Under the pieces are notes generated by a model that did not search any database, was not told the origin of the DNA, and saw only the letters and a list, made by a program, of their open reading frames with translations. 38,351 nt of DNA from a virus: positions 1-38,351 of IMG/VR virus record IMGVR_UViG_3300048080_000117; one strand, 5' to 3'. Shown here in pieces: positions 1 to 6,740 of the stretch. The translations under genes were made by a program, and so were the position numbers. Every line of letters begins with the position of its first letter. The first letter of the stretch is position 1.

Positions 1-127
1 GCGGGAGAACGCGGAGTTGCGAGGGGTGCTGGTAAGAACGTTGGTGCCGTTGGAAGTGCTGAACATGGATAATTACAACGGGGCTCGGTGGATGACGACC
101 GAACTGCGAGCAGCAATCAGCGAGGCG
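1..127. repeat. 127-bp terminal redundancy, identical to 38225..38351 (circular-assembly overlap)
   Basis: Read directly: gcgggagaacgcggagttgcgagggg...cagcaatcagcgaggcg occurs at both window ends. An ORF reads through the join without interruption. Confidence 0.95.
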
Positions 128-166
128 GTTGGGGCTGGACGTGCCGCGCTGCGGGAGGACAAGTAA
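2..166 (+). CDS. C-terminal end of the junction-spanning hypothetical protein (same gene as 37965..38351)
   Basis: Frame continues from 37965 across the 127-bp overlap to TAA at 164..166. The reconstructed protein is about 141 aa and is a paralog of 375..749. Confidence 0.6.
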   Translation, partial: RENAELRGVLVRTLVPLEVLNMDNYNGARWMTTELRAAISEAVGAGRAALREDK

Positions 167-168
167 AA

Positions 169-378
169 ATGGAAATAGACAGCCTAGTCAATGCGGCGGT
201 AATCGTGATCGCCGTATTTATAGTGGGGGTAGTCTTAGGCTCCTGTGCAGAAAAGGAGGCTTCCCGTGATCGCTGGTGCGCCAGCCGTTTCGCTGTCGCG
301 CCCACGTTCACGGATTCTCTCGCCGTGGTGCGGGATACCTTGCCCCCAGGCTGCAAGATCGTGATTGAGGCCAGATGA
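169..378 (+). CDS. small single-pass membrane protein (69 aa)
   Basis: ATG at 169, 2 nt after the preceding stop. Hydrophobic stretch AAVIVIAVFIVGVVLG. ATGA overlap with the next gene. The upstream part of ORF 88..378 overlaps the previous gene and is not needed. Confidence 0.5.
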   Translation: MEIDSLVNAAVIVIAVFIVGVVLGSCAEKEASRDRWCASRFAVAPTFTDSLAVVRDTLPPGCKIVIEAR

Positions 379-749
379 CCGCCCCCGACCCGATCAGCCA
401 GCGACTGGAGGCCGTGGACCGAGAGGCATATCCCGACTTTCCTGGCGTCGCCTCACAGAGTCCCGACGAGTTTCCCGACCATGTGCGAGCCTACCGCCGC
501 GCCCTTGAGGCCGAGATGCGGCGCGTTGGACAAATGGCGCTCGTCTTGGCAGTGATGGTGCGTGAGGCAGATATGTGGAAGCAGGAGAATGCGGAGTTGC
601 GAGAGGCATTGGACATGCTGATCGAAACGGTGGTGCCGAAGCGTGAACGCTCGATATGGCGAGACAAAACTACGCGGGCGTCCGTGTTACGTGGGTTAAA
701 GGAAGCGCGTGAAGGCAACGCCACGCCGCTGGTGTGGAAGGAGGGGTAG
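375..749 (+). CDS. hypothetical protein, paralog of the junction-spanning gene
   Basis: Shares MTAPDPI-RLEAVDREA, YRRALEAEM and ENAELR segments with the 37965.. protein. ATGA coupling. Confidence 0.6.
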   Translation: MTAPDPISQRLEAVDREAYPDFPGVASQSPDEFPDHVRAYRRALEAEMRRVGQMALVLAVMVREADMWKQENAELREALDMLIETVVPKRERSIWRDKTTRASVLRGLKEAREGNATPLVWKEG

Positions 750-935
750 ATGAAGGCCGAGAAAACGGTTCGTGCGGAGCTCCGAGAGCTTCGCCTGCGA
801 CTTGGCGACCCTCGCTTGCGGGGAGATCGAGCAGAAGATCAGACGTATGGCGCGGCAGAAGCCTTGCGTTGGGTGCTCGGTGAAGGGCCGCGTCCGGTGG
901 GGCTTTCTCAGCCGATGCGACCCAAGGAAACTTAA
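750..935 (+). CDS. hypothetical small protein (61 aa)
   Basis: ATG directly follows the upstream TAG. TAATG overlap with the next ORF. Confidence 0.4.
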   Translation: MKAEKTVRAELRELRLRLGDPRLRGDRAEDQTYGAAEALRWVLGEGPRPVGLSQPMRPKET

Positions 936-1213
936 TGACCCCCGGCACTCCTTGCCCGGCGTGCGGCGTTCGCTGCGGCGACCTGTCGAGCGTCAACCTG
1001 AGAGACGGCAAGTCGTTCTCGTACTGCGGTGAGTGCGGCACGGAGAAACACGCGGTTGAGGGGGCACCGAGCGAGAGCGGGCGCTGGGAGGAAGCGGCAC
1101 GACTGGTGGAGCGAGGGTCTCCGTTTGACCCGGACCCGCTCGCAGACCTGTTCCGAGTAATTGCTCGCGACATCCGCGCCCTGTCCCGCGTGACGAAGGA
1201 GGAGGGAAGGTGA
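935..1213 (+). CDS. zinc-ribbon protein (CPAC..CGEC)
   Basis: Two CxxC pairs in the N-terminal 35 aa. Translationally coupled on both sides. Confidence 0.55.
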   Translation: MTPGTPCPACGVRCGDLSSVNLRDGKSFSYCGECGTEKHAVEGAPSESGRWEEAARLVERGSPFDPDPLADLFRVIARDIRALSRVTKEEGR

Positions 1214-2187
1214 GCGACAAGATACCGCTGAGGGTACGGTTGACGGACTTGGAGAAATTAGCATCCGCTCGCGGTCATTGGGTAGGCTACGAAATAGATT
1301 TAGCCAACCTGTCGGACGAAGCGCTCAATACACTCGCCGCCGCCGAGCAGCGAGCCGCGCAGGCCGAGGGTGATTGCGCGTCCTTGGCTGACCTTGTGAA
1401 CTCGTGGTGCCGTGAGGCGTCGGTTGTCGAAACGCCAGGCATTGCTCCGCGAGAGATCAAAGCGGCGGTTGATCGGCTGTGGGCTGAGACTTCCACGCGA
1501 CTTGCCGAAGCCCGAGCCGAGGCGGCGCGAGGGAGGGAGTTGCTAGAAAAGTTCCACGAATGGACGGCAGCTTTCCCGCTATCAGAGGATGGGAGCAGGG
1601 ATCGCAAAGTAGCTAGCGACCTGTACGACGAGGTGTACGCCTTTCTCTCCCAGCCATCCAGCGGAGCGGCGTTGCTGGCGGAACTGACCAACCTCCGAGC
1701 CGCCGTAAATACGCCAGAGCGAGGAGAACCATCGAGCGCCGAAGTCTCCGCCTTTATTCCCCAGCCCCCGGGGTTGCTCCGAGAGCTTGAGGTGCTGCGG
1801 AATCCGAACCCCCAACTAGCGATGCCTAACGACGACCGTTCCACCCCAGCGCCGGACGCCCCGAGCGGGGAGTTGCTGCCATGCCCGTTCTGCGGTGAGC
1901 CCCCAGAATGGAGCCGTGAAGTGGGGCACACGCTCTACTGTGATTCCTCTCGTTGTGCGGCCCGACCACGTGTTCACGGAGCTACCCGACTGGAGGCTAG
2001 GCGGTACTGGAATGAGCGAAACGGTACTGGCCCGCTCCCCATCGAACCGAGTGAGGCGGCGATTGAAGCGGCGTTTGTAGCCAACGCCTACCCAGTGCGC
2101 AAAGCATGGCTGAGAAAAGCTCTGTGTGCCGCCTACGCTGCTGACCGTTCCACCCCCGAGGGACCAGCACCAGCAGGGGAAACATGA
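1210..2187 (+). CDS. coiled-coil protein with a C-terminal Lar-like (restriction alleviation family) zinc ribbon
   Basis: C-terminal LLPCPFCGEPPEW..LYCDSSRCAARP..LEARRYWNERN matches the CPFCG...C..C...a..WN.R pattern of Lar-family proteins. The N-terminal ~230 aa are Ala/Glu/Leu-rich helical. GTGA start overlap. Confidence 0.6.
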   Translation: MSDKIPLRVRLTDLEKLASARGHWVGYEIDLANLSDEALNTLAAAEQRAAQAEGDCASLADLVNSWCREASVVETPGIAPREIKAAVDRLWAETSTRLAEARAEAARGRELLEKFHEWTAAFPLSEDGSRDRKVASDLYDEVYAFLSQPSSGAALLAELTNLRAAVNTPERGEPSSAEVSAFIPQPPGLLRELEVLRNPNPQLAMPNDDRSTPAPDAPSGELLPCPFCGEPPEWSREVGHTLYCDSSRCAARPRVHGATRLEARRYWNERNGTGPLPIEPSEAAIEAAFVANAYPVRKAWLRKALCAAYAADRSTPEGPAPAGET

Positions 2188-2429
2188 GCCAGTCACGAAA
2201 CGCGGAGTTTCTTCGCGGCGCGACCGCCGTACTCGCACACATGGAGACTGCGGGTGAGGGGTGCAGCACGCTCTACAACGAGGTCGTCCAGTTCATCGGC
2301 GCTGCGTCACTGATCCGCCAAGCTAGGCGGGACGGCGCAATGCGCTGGTCCGGGCTCTCAAGTTATCTCCGCTCCAAGAACGCGCACCGTCTCGCGGCCC
2401 CCGGCTCGCCAGCCCAGGACCAACCGTGA
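2184..2429 (+). CDS. hypothetical protein (81 aa)
   Basis: ATGA and GTGA coupling to both neighbours. No motif recognised. Confidence 0.45.
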   Translation: MSQSRNAEFLRGATAVLAHMETAGEGCSTLYNEVVQFIGAASLIRQARRDGAMRWSGLSSYLRSKNAHRLAAPGSPAQDQP

Positions 2430-3160
2430 GTAAGCCGCGCTACGTGCATGCGATTGAGCGCACCTGCACGATGCTGGACTTGGTGCGTTCGATCTATCCA
2501 GCCGGCGGTGGCATGAGTTTGTCGCATGTCGTGATCGAGGAAGTGGCGCCGGGGACGGGCTGGTCTGCCGCGAACCGCTGGGCCGATGTCTTGGCACTCT
2601 CTGTCTGGCCAAGCAAGGGCATGACGGTGGACGGGTACGAAATCAAGGCGTCCCGCGCCGACCTCAAGAAAGAGCTTGCCGATCCATCGAAGCACCAAGC
2701 CGTCGCCCGTTACTGCGATACCTGGACCCTCGTGGTGTGGGACGAGACGGTTCTACTCGACGATGGCATCCCCGAGTGGTGGGGAATCCTCACGACCATC
2801 GAGGGCACCGATGAAACGCGCGAGCTGAAGGAAGTCCGCAAGGCGCAGAAGCGCGAGCCGGAGCCGTGGCCGCGAGCGTTTGTCTGCTCGTTGGTCCGCA
2901 ACGCTTTTCAGCAATCACCGGGCGCGGCCTACGTCGCACGGGCCTGTGTCGAAGCCGCGCGTCGGGGACGTGATGACGGGCGGCGTGCCGCGGAGAGCGA
3001 GACGTACAACCTACTAGCGCCACTCGCCAGCCTACTCTATGGCACGGATCGGCGGGACTGGCCTAGTGGTGCCACTGATCTGGAGAACGTAGTGAGGACG
3101 GTGACGGGACGTCTGACGCAGGGGATTCTTGGGGGCTCGCCAGCCCAGGAGGAGACGTAG
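2426..3160 (+). CDS. MmcB-like PD-(D/E)XK nuclease family protein
   Basis: VIEEV...RWADVLAL...GYEIKASRADLKKEL..KH..VARYCDTWTLVV matches the E..D..EIK.SraD layout of MmcB-like / PD-(D/E)XK proteins. Confidence 0.6.
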   Translation: MSKPRYVHAIERTCTMLDLVRSIYPAGGGMSLSHVVIEEVAPGTGWSAANRWADVLALSVWPSKGMTVDGYEIKASRADLKKELADPSKHQAVARYCDTWTLVVWDETVLLDDGIPEWWGILTTIEGTDETRELKEVRKAQKREPEPWPRAFVCSLVRNAFQQSPGAAYVARACVEAARRGRDDGRRAAESETYNLLAPLASLLYGTDRRDWPSGATDLENVVRTVTGRLTQGILGGSPAQEET

Positions 3161-3448
3161 GTGAAGTCCCGCTCCCGGAAACACGAGGAAGCCCTTGCTC
3201 GGAAAGAAGCGGCAGCCAAGCGGAGCCCACGGGACCAGATCAACCGGTTGAATGCCAAAGGCTTGCGGGCGGTGAAGGAACGGGCCAAACTCCACTTTAT
3301 GATCCGGACTGCAACCGCGCTCTGTTCTTGGTGTGAGGGGAAGGGCAAGTGTCGTGGGGTAGCGCGTTTCGTGGATGGTGTTTGCGTTATCTGTGGGCGT
3401 CCGTGGCCGAGCTACATGCCTGCGTCCGAGGACATGCGCTTGACGTAA
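3161..3448 (+). CDS. basic protein with a C-terminal Cys cluster (95 aa)
   Basis: GTG immediately after the upstream TAG. Lys/Arg-rich N-terminus, then CSWCEGKGKC...CVICG. Last gene before the terminator. Confidence 0.5.
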   Translation: MKSRSRKHEEALARKEAAAKRSPRDQINRLNAKGLRAVKERAKLHFMIRTATALCSWCEGKGKCRGVARFVDGVCVICGRPWPSYMPASEDMRLT

Positions 3449-3504
3449 CTACGGTAACTGTCCTAAGTTAGTCCCCATCCAGCGGGAGCCCTCTCTGGGC
3501 TAGG

Positions 3505-3537
3505 AACGCTCCTACCTCTACGGGAGCGTTTTTTTTG
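3505..3537 (+). terminator. rho-independent terminator (8-bp stem plus T-run) at the early/late boundary
   Basis: aacgctcc (3505..3512) pairs with ggagcgtt (3523..3530), followed by tttttt. A second small hairpin, agccc/gggct, lies at 3487..3501. This is the only stem plus long T-run I found in the window. Confidence 0.7.
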
Positions 3538-3564
3538 GGTAAAACCCCAGCCAAAAACCGAGAA

Positions 3565-3861
3565 ATGCCGAAGGGAAACCCGTTTAGGAACAACGCGCCC
3601 CTGATACCGGGAAATCCGGGAAATTCTGGCGGGAAGAAAGGTCGCTCAGGTCGGAAGCCCAAAGGCGTCTTGTCCCGCCGTGGGTTCGTGGAATGGTGTG
3701 AGAGCCTGCTAACGGATGAGACGGTACGGGCGGTTGCGGAAGCCCGGGCCAAGGCTGGTGATACGAAGGTTCTTGAGTTTGCGGCAAAGTATAGTCAGTC
3801 CCTCCCAGCCCAGAAGCACAACGTCGAAACCACACTAATCGTCAAGGCGCAGCGTGAGTAG
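3565..3861 (+). CDS. putative terminase small subunit
   Basis: Lies immediately upstream of, and overlaps, the large terminase. The N-terminal basic GNPGNSGGKKGRSGRKPKG motif is common in small terminases. I chose ATG 3565 over TTG 3535 because 3535 lies inside the terminator T-run. Confidence 0.5.
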   Translation: MPKGNPFRNNAPLIPGNPGNSGGKKGRSGRKPKGVLSRRGFVEWCESLLTDETVRAVAEARAKAGDTKVLEFAAKYSQSLPAQKHNVETTLIVKAQRE

Positions 3862-6232
3862 CGTCACGGTCGAAGTCGCTATCCCCGCGCTGTTAGAGCA
3901 TCAACGGCCTATCGCCCAGCATCCCGCTCGGTTCAAGGTGGTCCGTAAAGGCCGGCGCTGGGGGAAAGACCGGCTGGCGTTCAACGTGTCCTGGTTCGGC
4001 CACGGGCCCCAGTACAGCCACCAAGGCATTGTGGACGGCTGGGACATCGCGTGGTTGGCCCCAGACTATCCGCAGGCGCGGATCATCTGGCAGGAAGAAA
4101 TCGAGCCACGGTTCCGTGGCGTTCCTGGTGTTGAGTTGAACGAGACGGAGCACAGCGTGACCCTGCCGGGTACGGGAGCGTTGCATCTCCGCAGCTCAGA
4201 GAACATGACAAGTATCCGCGGCCTTGGGAAGCGGCTGATTGGCGTCGTGGTGAACGAAGCGGCTCATCTGGATCTCGCCTACGCGTGGCGACAAGTGATC
4301 CGGCCGGCACTGGCGGATAACCGGGGCTGGGCCATGCTGATGTCCACGACCAATTCTGGGACGGACGGGGGCTATGACGAGCAGGGCAACAAGCGGGTGC
4401 CGAGTTACTTCAATACGATCTGCGAGGAAATCCGAGCAGGACAACGTACAGACGAGTGGGCAGAGTTCGAGGGGACGGCGGAGGAGAATCCCAAGATTGC
4501 CAAGGCGGAGTTTGCGGCCCTCGTCGCTGAGTACCCGCAGGACTCCATTGCTCTGCAAGAAGAAATCTACGCCAAACTCCTGACGCCTGGTGCGGGATTG
4601 GCGTTCCCCGAATGGCGGGATGATCTCCATGTCCTGGAACGGTTCGACGTCCCGGCTCACTGGAAATACGGGGCGGGATTCGACTGGGGGTATTGGGAAC
4701 CGTCCGTGTTCGTGCTCTGTGGGTTGGGTGAGGAGAACCAGGTCGTCGTCACGCAGGAACGGAAGTGGGTGCAGAAGGGCGGGTTCGAGATCGGGACGGA
4801 CATCGTGGATCTCTGTCTCAACGCCAAGATCCGACCGGAATGGATCGCGGCCGACGCCTCTATGTGGGGTGTACCAGCGAGTCGTGGGTTCCCCAACCAA
4901 GCTGAGGAGATCCAGTCGGGGATCGTGAAACGGTGGATGGACCGGCAGGGCCAGGGTCCCCCGCCGGTGTTGTTCGGGGTGCCGAAGGGCAAAGATTCAC
5001 GGATCGCCCGAGCTCAGCTTCTCCACAAGTACCTCAAATGGCACGCCGCAGAGGATGGGACGATCTCGCGTAACGGTCAACCGCGGCTCCGGTTCCTTAA
5101 GTCCTGCGGGTACTGCGTGAGTTCGATTCCCCGACTCCCGCCCGATCCCACGAAACCGGAGGACGTGGACACGAAATGTTTCCGGGGGACAGAGACGTTT
5201 CTGACGCCGAGCGGGCCGCGCACCTTCGCGGAAGCGGAAGGGACGAGCGGGCTCGCGTGGACCCGCCACGGCTGGCGTCGGTACCGCTGGTGTCGTAAGC
5301 AGGTATGTTCCTCGGAGGTTGTAGTTGTTAGATTTGACGATGAAACGGAGGTTGTTTGCACCCCCGATCATCACTTCCTAACGACAGATGGCCAATGGAC
5401 TCCCGCAAAGAATTTGACTGGTCACCACGTCAGCGTTGCATCGTCTATGCCGGTGAGAAGTGGTGGGCACGACAAGGCTACTGGAAGAATCGACGCGGGC
5501 AGAACCTTCACCGGCTGGTCTGGTCAGAAGTCCACGGCCCTATCCCACTTGGACACGAGGTCCATCACCGCGACGGTGACGGCTTCAACAATCGGCGCAC
5601 CAACCTCCAATTGGTTACCAAGGCAGAACACCGACGCATACAGCCACGCAACTTCAACCCCGTGGTTGCCCGCGCCTCGTCCCGTGTTCGTGATGTGCCC
5701 AAGTCCTGCGCTCACTGCGGCGCGGACTACGTGGCCCAGCGCCTCTACCGCAACAGTGGCAAGTACTGCTCTCGCCAATGTCGGCAAACAGCAGGGTATA
5801 ATGCCCGCAAGGTTCCAGCCGTCTGCCGGATATGCGGGACGTCGTTCATGCGAAGCACCGCGCCACGGGCCGGTGAGACCTGCGGGTACCGCTGCGGCTG
5901 GGCGTTACGTCGTCAGCGTGAGGCCGCTCAGTAAAACCGAACTCACCTATTGCATCAACGTCCCCGATGTAGGCGAGTTCGTTCTAGCTAACGGACTCGT
6001 CGTAGCAAATTCCGACGACCACGGGTACGACGCACTGACGTACCTCCTGCTGAGCCGGCCCCCGTTGGTCGGGGTGCCGACCGTTGGTCATCCTGACGAG
6101 GACACCCACCCGGGATTCGACTGGCAACGCCGGGAACGCAAGAAGCCGTGGGAAGAAGCTCTGCACCCTCAGGCCGCGGAGAAACTGTCATGGCGTCCAA
6201 GCAAAGACGAGCGCGAAGCGACCGAGTGGTGA
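3854..6232 (+). CDS. terL: terminase large subunit precursor (792 aa; 514 aa after removal of the intein)
   Basis: Walker A-like KGRRWGKD, Walker B-like LIGVVVNEAAH, coupling motif MSTTNSG, nuclease motifs GAGFDWGYWEPSV and DVDTK / SDDHGYDALTYLL. The last motif is split by the intein. Confidence 0.9.
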   Translation: MSSVTVEVAIPALLEHQRPIAQHPARFKVVRKGRRWGKDRLAFNVSWFGHGPQYSHQGIVDGWDIAWLAPDYPQARIIWQEEIEPRFRGVPGVELNETEHSVTLPGTGALHLRSSENMTSIRGLGKRLIGVVVNEAAHLDLAYAWRQVIRPALADNRGWAMLMSTTNSGTDGGYDEQGNKRVPSYFNTICEEIRAGQRTDEWAEFEGTAEENPKIAKAEFAALVAEYPQDSIALQEEIYAKLLTPGAGLAFPEWRDDLHVLERFDVPAHWKYGAGFDWGYWEPSVFVLCGLGEENQVVVTQERKWVQKGGFEIGTDIVDLCLNAKIRPEWIAADASMWGVPASRGFPNQAEEIQSGIVKRWMDRQGQGPPPVLFGVPKGKDSRIARAQLLHKYLKWHAAEDGTISRNGQPRLRFLKSCGYCVSSIPRLPPDPTKPEDVDTKCFRGTETFLTPSGPRTFAEAEGTSGLAWTRHGWRRYRWCRKQVCSSEVVVVRFDDETEVVCTPDHHFLTTDGQWTPAKNLTGHHVSVASSMPVRSGGHDKATGRIDAGRTFTGWSGQKSTALSHLDTRSITATVTASTIGAPTSNWLPRQNTDAYSHATSTPWLPAPRPVFVMCPSPALTAARTTWPSASTATVASTALANVGKQQGIMPARFQPSAGYAGRRSCEAPRHGPVRPAGTAAAGRYVVSVRPLSKTELTYCINVPDVGEFVLANGLVVANSDDHGYDALTYLLLSRPPLVGVPTVGHPDEDTHPGFDWQRRERKKPWEEALHPQAAEKLSWRPSKDEREATEW
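5177..6010 (+). mobile_element. intein (278 codons) in the terminase nuclease domain
   Basis: Starts with Cys (tgt 5177): CFRGTETFLTPSG (block A). TPDHHFLTTDGQWTPAKNL (block B). C-terminal TYCINVPDVGEFVLANGLVVAN followed by Ser +1 (tcc 6011). The exteins join to give a normal DVDTK-SDDHGYDAL motif and a normal-sized TerL. Confidence 0.8.
5356..5934 (+). CDS. HNH homing-type endonuclease, nested inside the intein in a different reading frame
   Basis: NLHRLVWSEVHGPIPLGHEVHHRDGDGFNNRRTNLQLVTKAEH is a classic HNH motif. It is followed by two Cys4 zinc-ribbon-like repeats (CAHCG..CSRQC, CRICG..CGYRC). GGAGG at 5347..5351 precedes TTG 5356. An in-frame ATG lies at 5395. Frame 1, versus frame 2 for terL. 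Confidence 0.8.
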   Translation: MHPRSSLPNDRWPMDSRKEFDWSPRQRCIVYAGEKWWARQGYWKNRRGQNLHRLVWSEVHGPIPLGHEVHHRDGDGFNNRRTNLQLVTKAEHRRIQPRNFNPVVARASSRVRDVPKSCAHCGADYVAQRLYRNSGKYCSRQCRQTAGYNARKVPAVCRICGTSFMRSTAPRAGETCGYRCGWALRRQREAAQ

Positions 6233-6564
6233 AACCAGGCCCTCGGATTGAACCCAACCACTGGCAGGGGATGGCGGATCGGTGGGAAGCCCGGTATGAC
6301 CGACTGCGCCAGCAATACGATGTCTTGGTCAAGCTGGTGGTCGAGTTGCGGCGTGACGGGTTTACGAAGATCCAGGCACCCGAGCTGCCCCAGGCTCCGA
6401 GCCCACTACCTCCGAGGGTTCGACAAGCGATTGAGGACCGGGCTGTTCCGGGTTCACCGATCGAACGGCAACTCGTTGCTCAAGCTCTGGCTGATCTCTC
6501 GGCAGGGAAAGACGAGGAGACAGCGGCCCAGCGGATTCTCGACGGGCTTGAGGTGGCGTGGTGA
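6190..6564 (+). CDS. hypothetical protein (124 aa)
   Basis: ATG 6190 inside ORF 6148..6564, overlapping the terL 3' end. Lies between terminase and portal. Confidence 0.5.
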   Translation: MASKQRRARSDRVVKPGPRIEPNHWQGMADRWEARYDRLRQQYDVLVKLVVELRRDGFTKIQAPELPQAPSPLPPRVRQAIEDRAVPGSPIERQLVAQALADLSAGKDEETAAQRILDGLEVAW

Positions 6565-6740
6565 AGGTCAACGGTCGGTTCCTCCACCTGACCCTGAACG
6601 TCGGAGAACTCCCGTTCTGGCGGCGGATCTCCATGCTGTTTACTGGCCAGCTCCATGTGCTTCTGCATCGGCGTGGTGAGGACTACCGCGTGGTCCAAGT
6701 GACCGCGACCGATCCCACAAAACGAGCCGTCAATGCCTGA
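6558..6740 (+). CDS. hypothetical small protein (60 aa)
   Basis: GTG start overlapping the upstream stop, and an 8-nt overlap with the portal start. No motif. Weak call. Confidence 0.3.
   Translation: MVKVNGRFLHLTLNVGELPFWRRISMLFTGQLHVLLHRRGEDYRVVQVTATDPTKRAVNA

Noticed and set aside
88-168. N-terminal extension of ORF 88..378 (GTG start)
   Set aside because: It overlaps the end of the junction-spanning gene. The ATG at 169, just after that gene's stop, gives a compact membrane protein consistent with the coupling pattern.
3535-3564. TTG start at 3535 for the small terminase ORF
   Set aside because: The codon lies within the terminator T-run. ATG 3565 is more plausible, although neither start has a strong RBS.
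5121-5130. GTTCGATTCC, a tRNA T-loop-like decamer
   Set aside because: The flanking bases do not form a T-stem or acceptor stem. It lies inside the terminase reading frame. No tRNA could be folded anywhere in the window.
5440-5900. Reading the A/T/S/P-rich in-frame linker of the intein as a degenerate in-frame endonuclease domain
   Set aside because: It has no nuclease motifs, and its composition matches an off-frame translation. The HNH motifs appear only in the other frame.
6248-6679. A 143-aa alternative-frame ORF overlapping 6190..6564
   Set aside because: Composition is Arg/Ser/Trp-rich and off-frame-like. Its start and stop are not coupled to neighbours.
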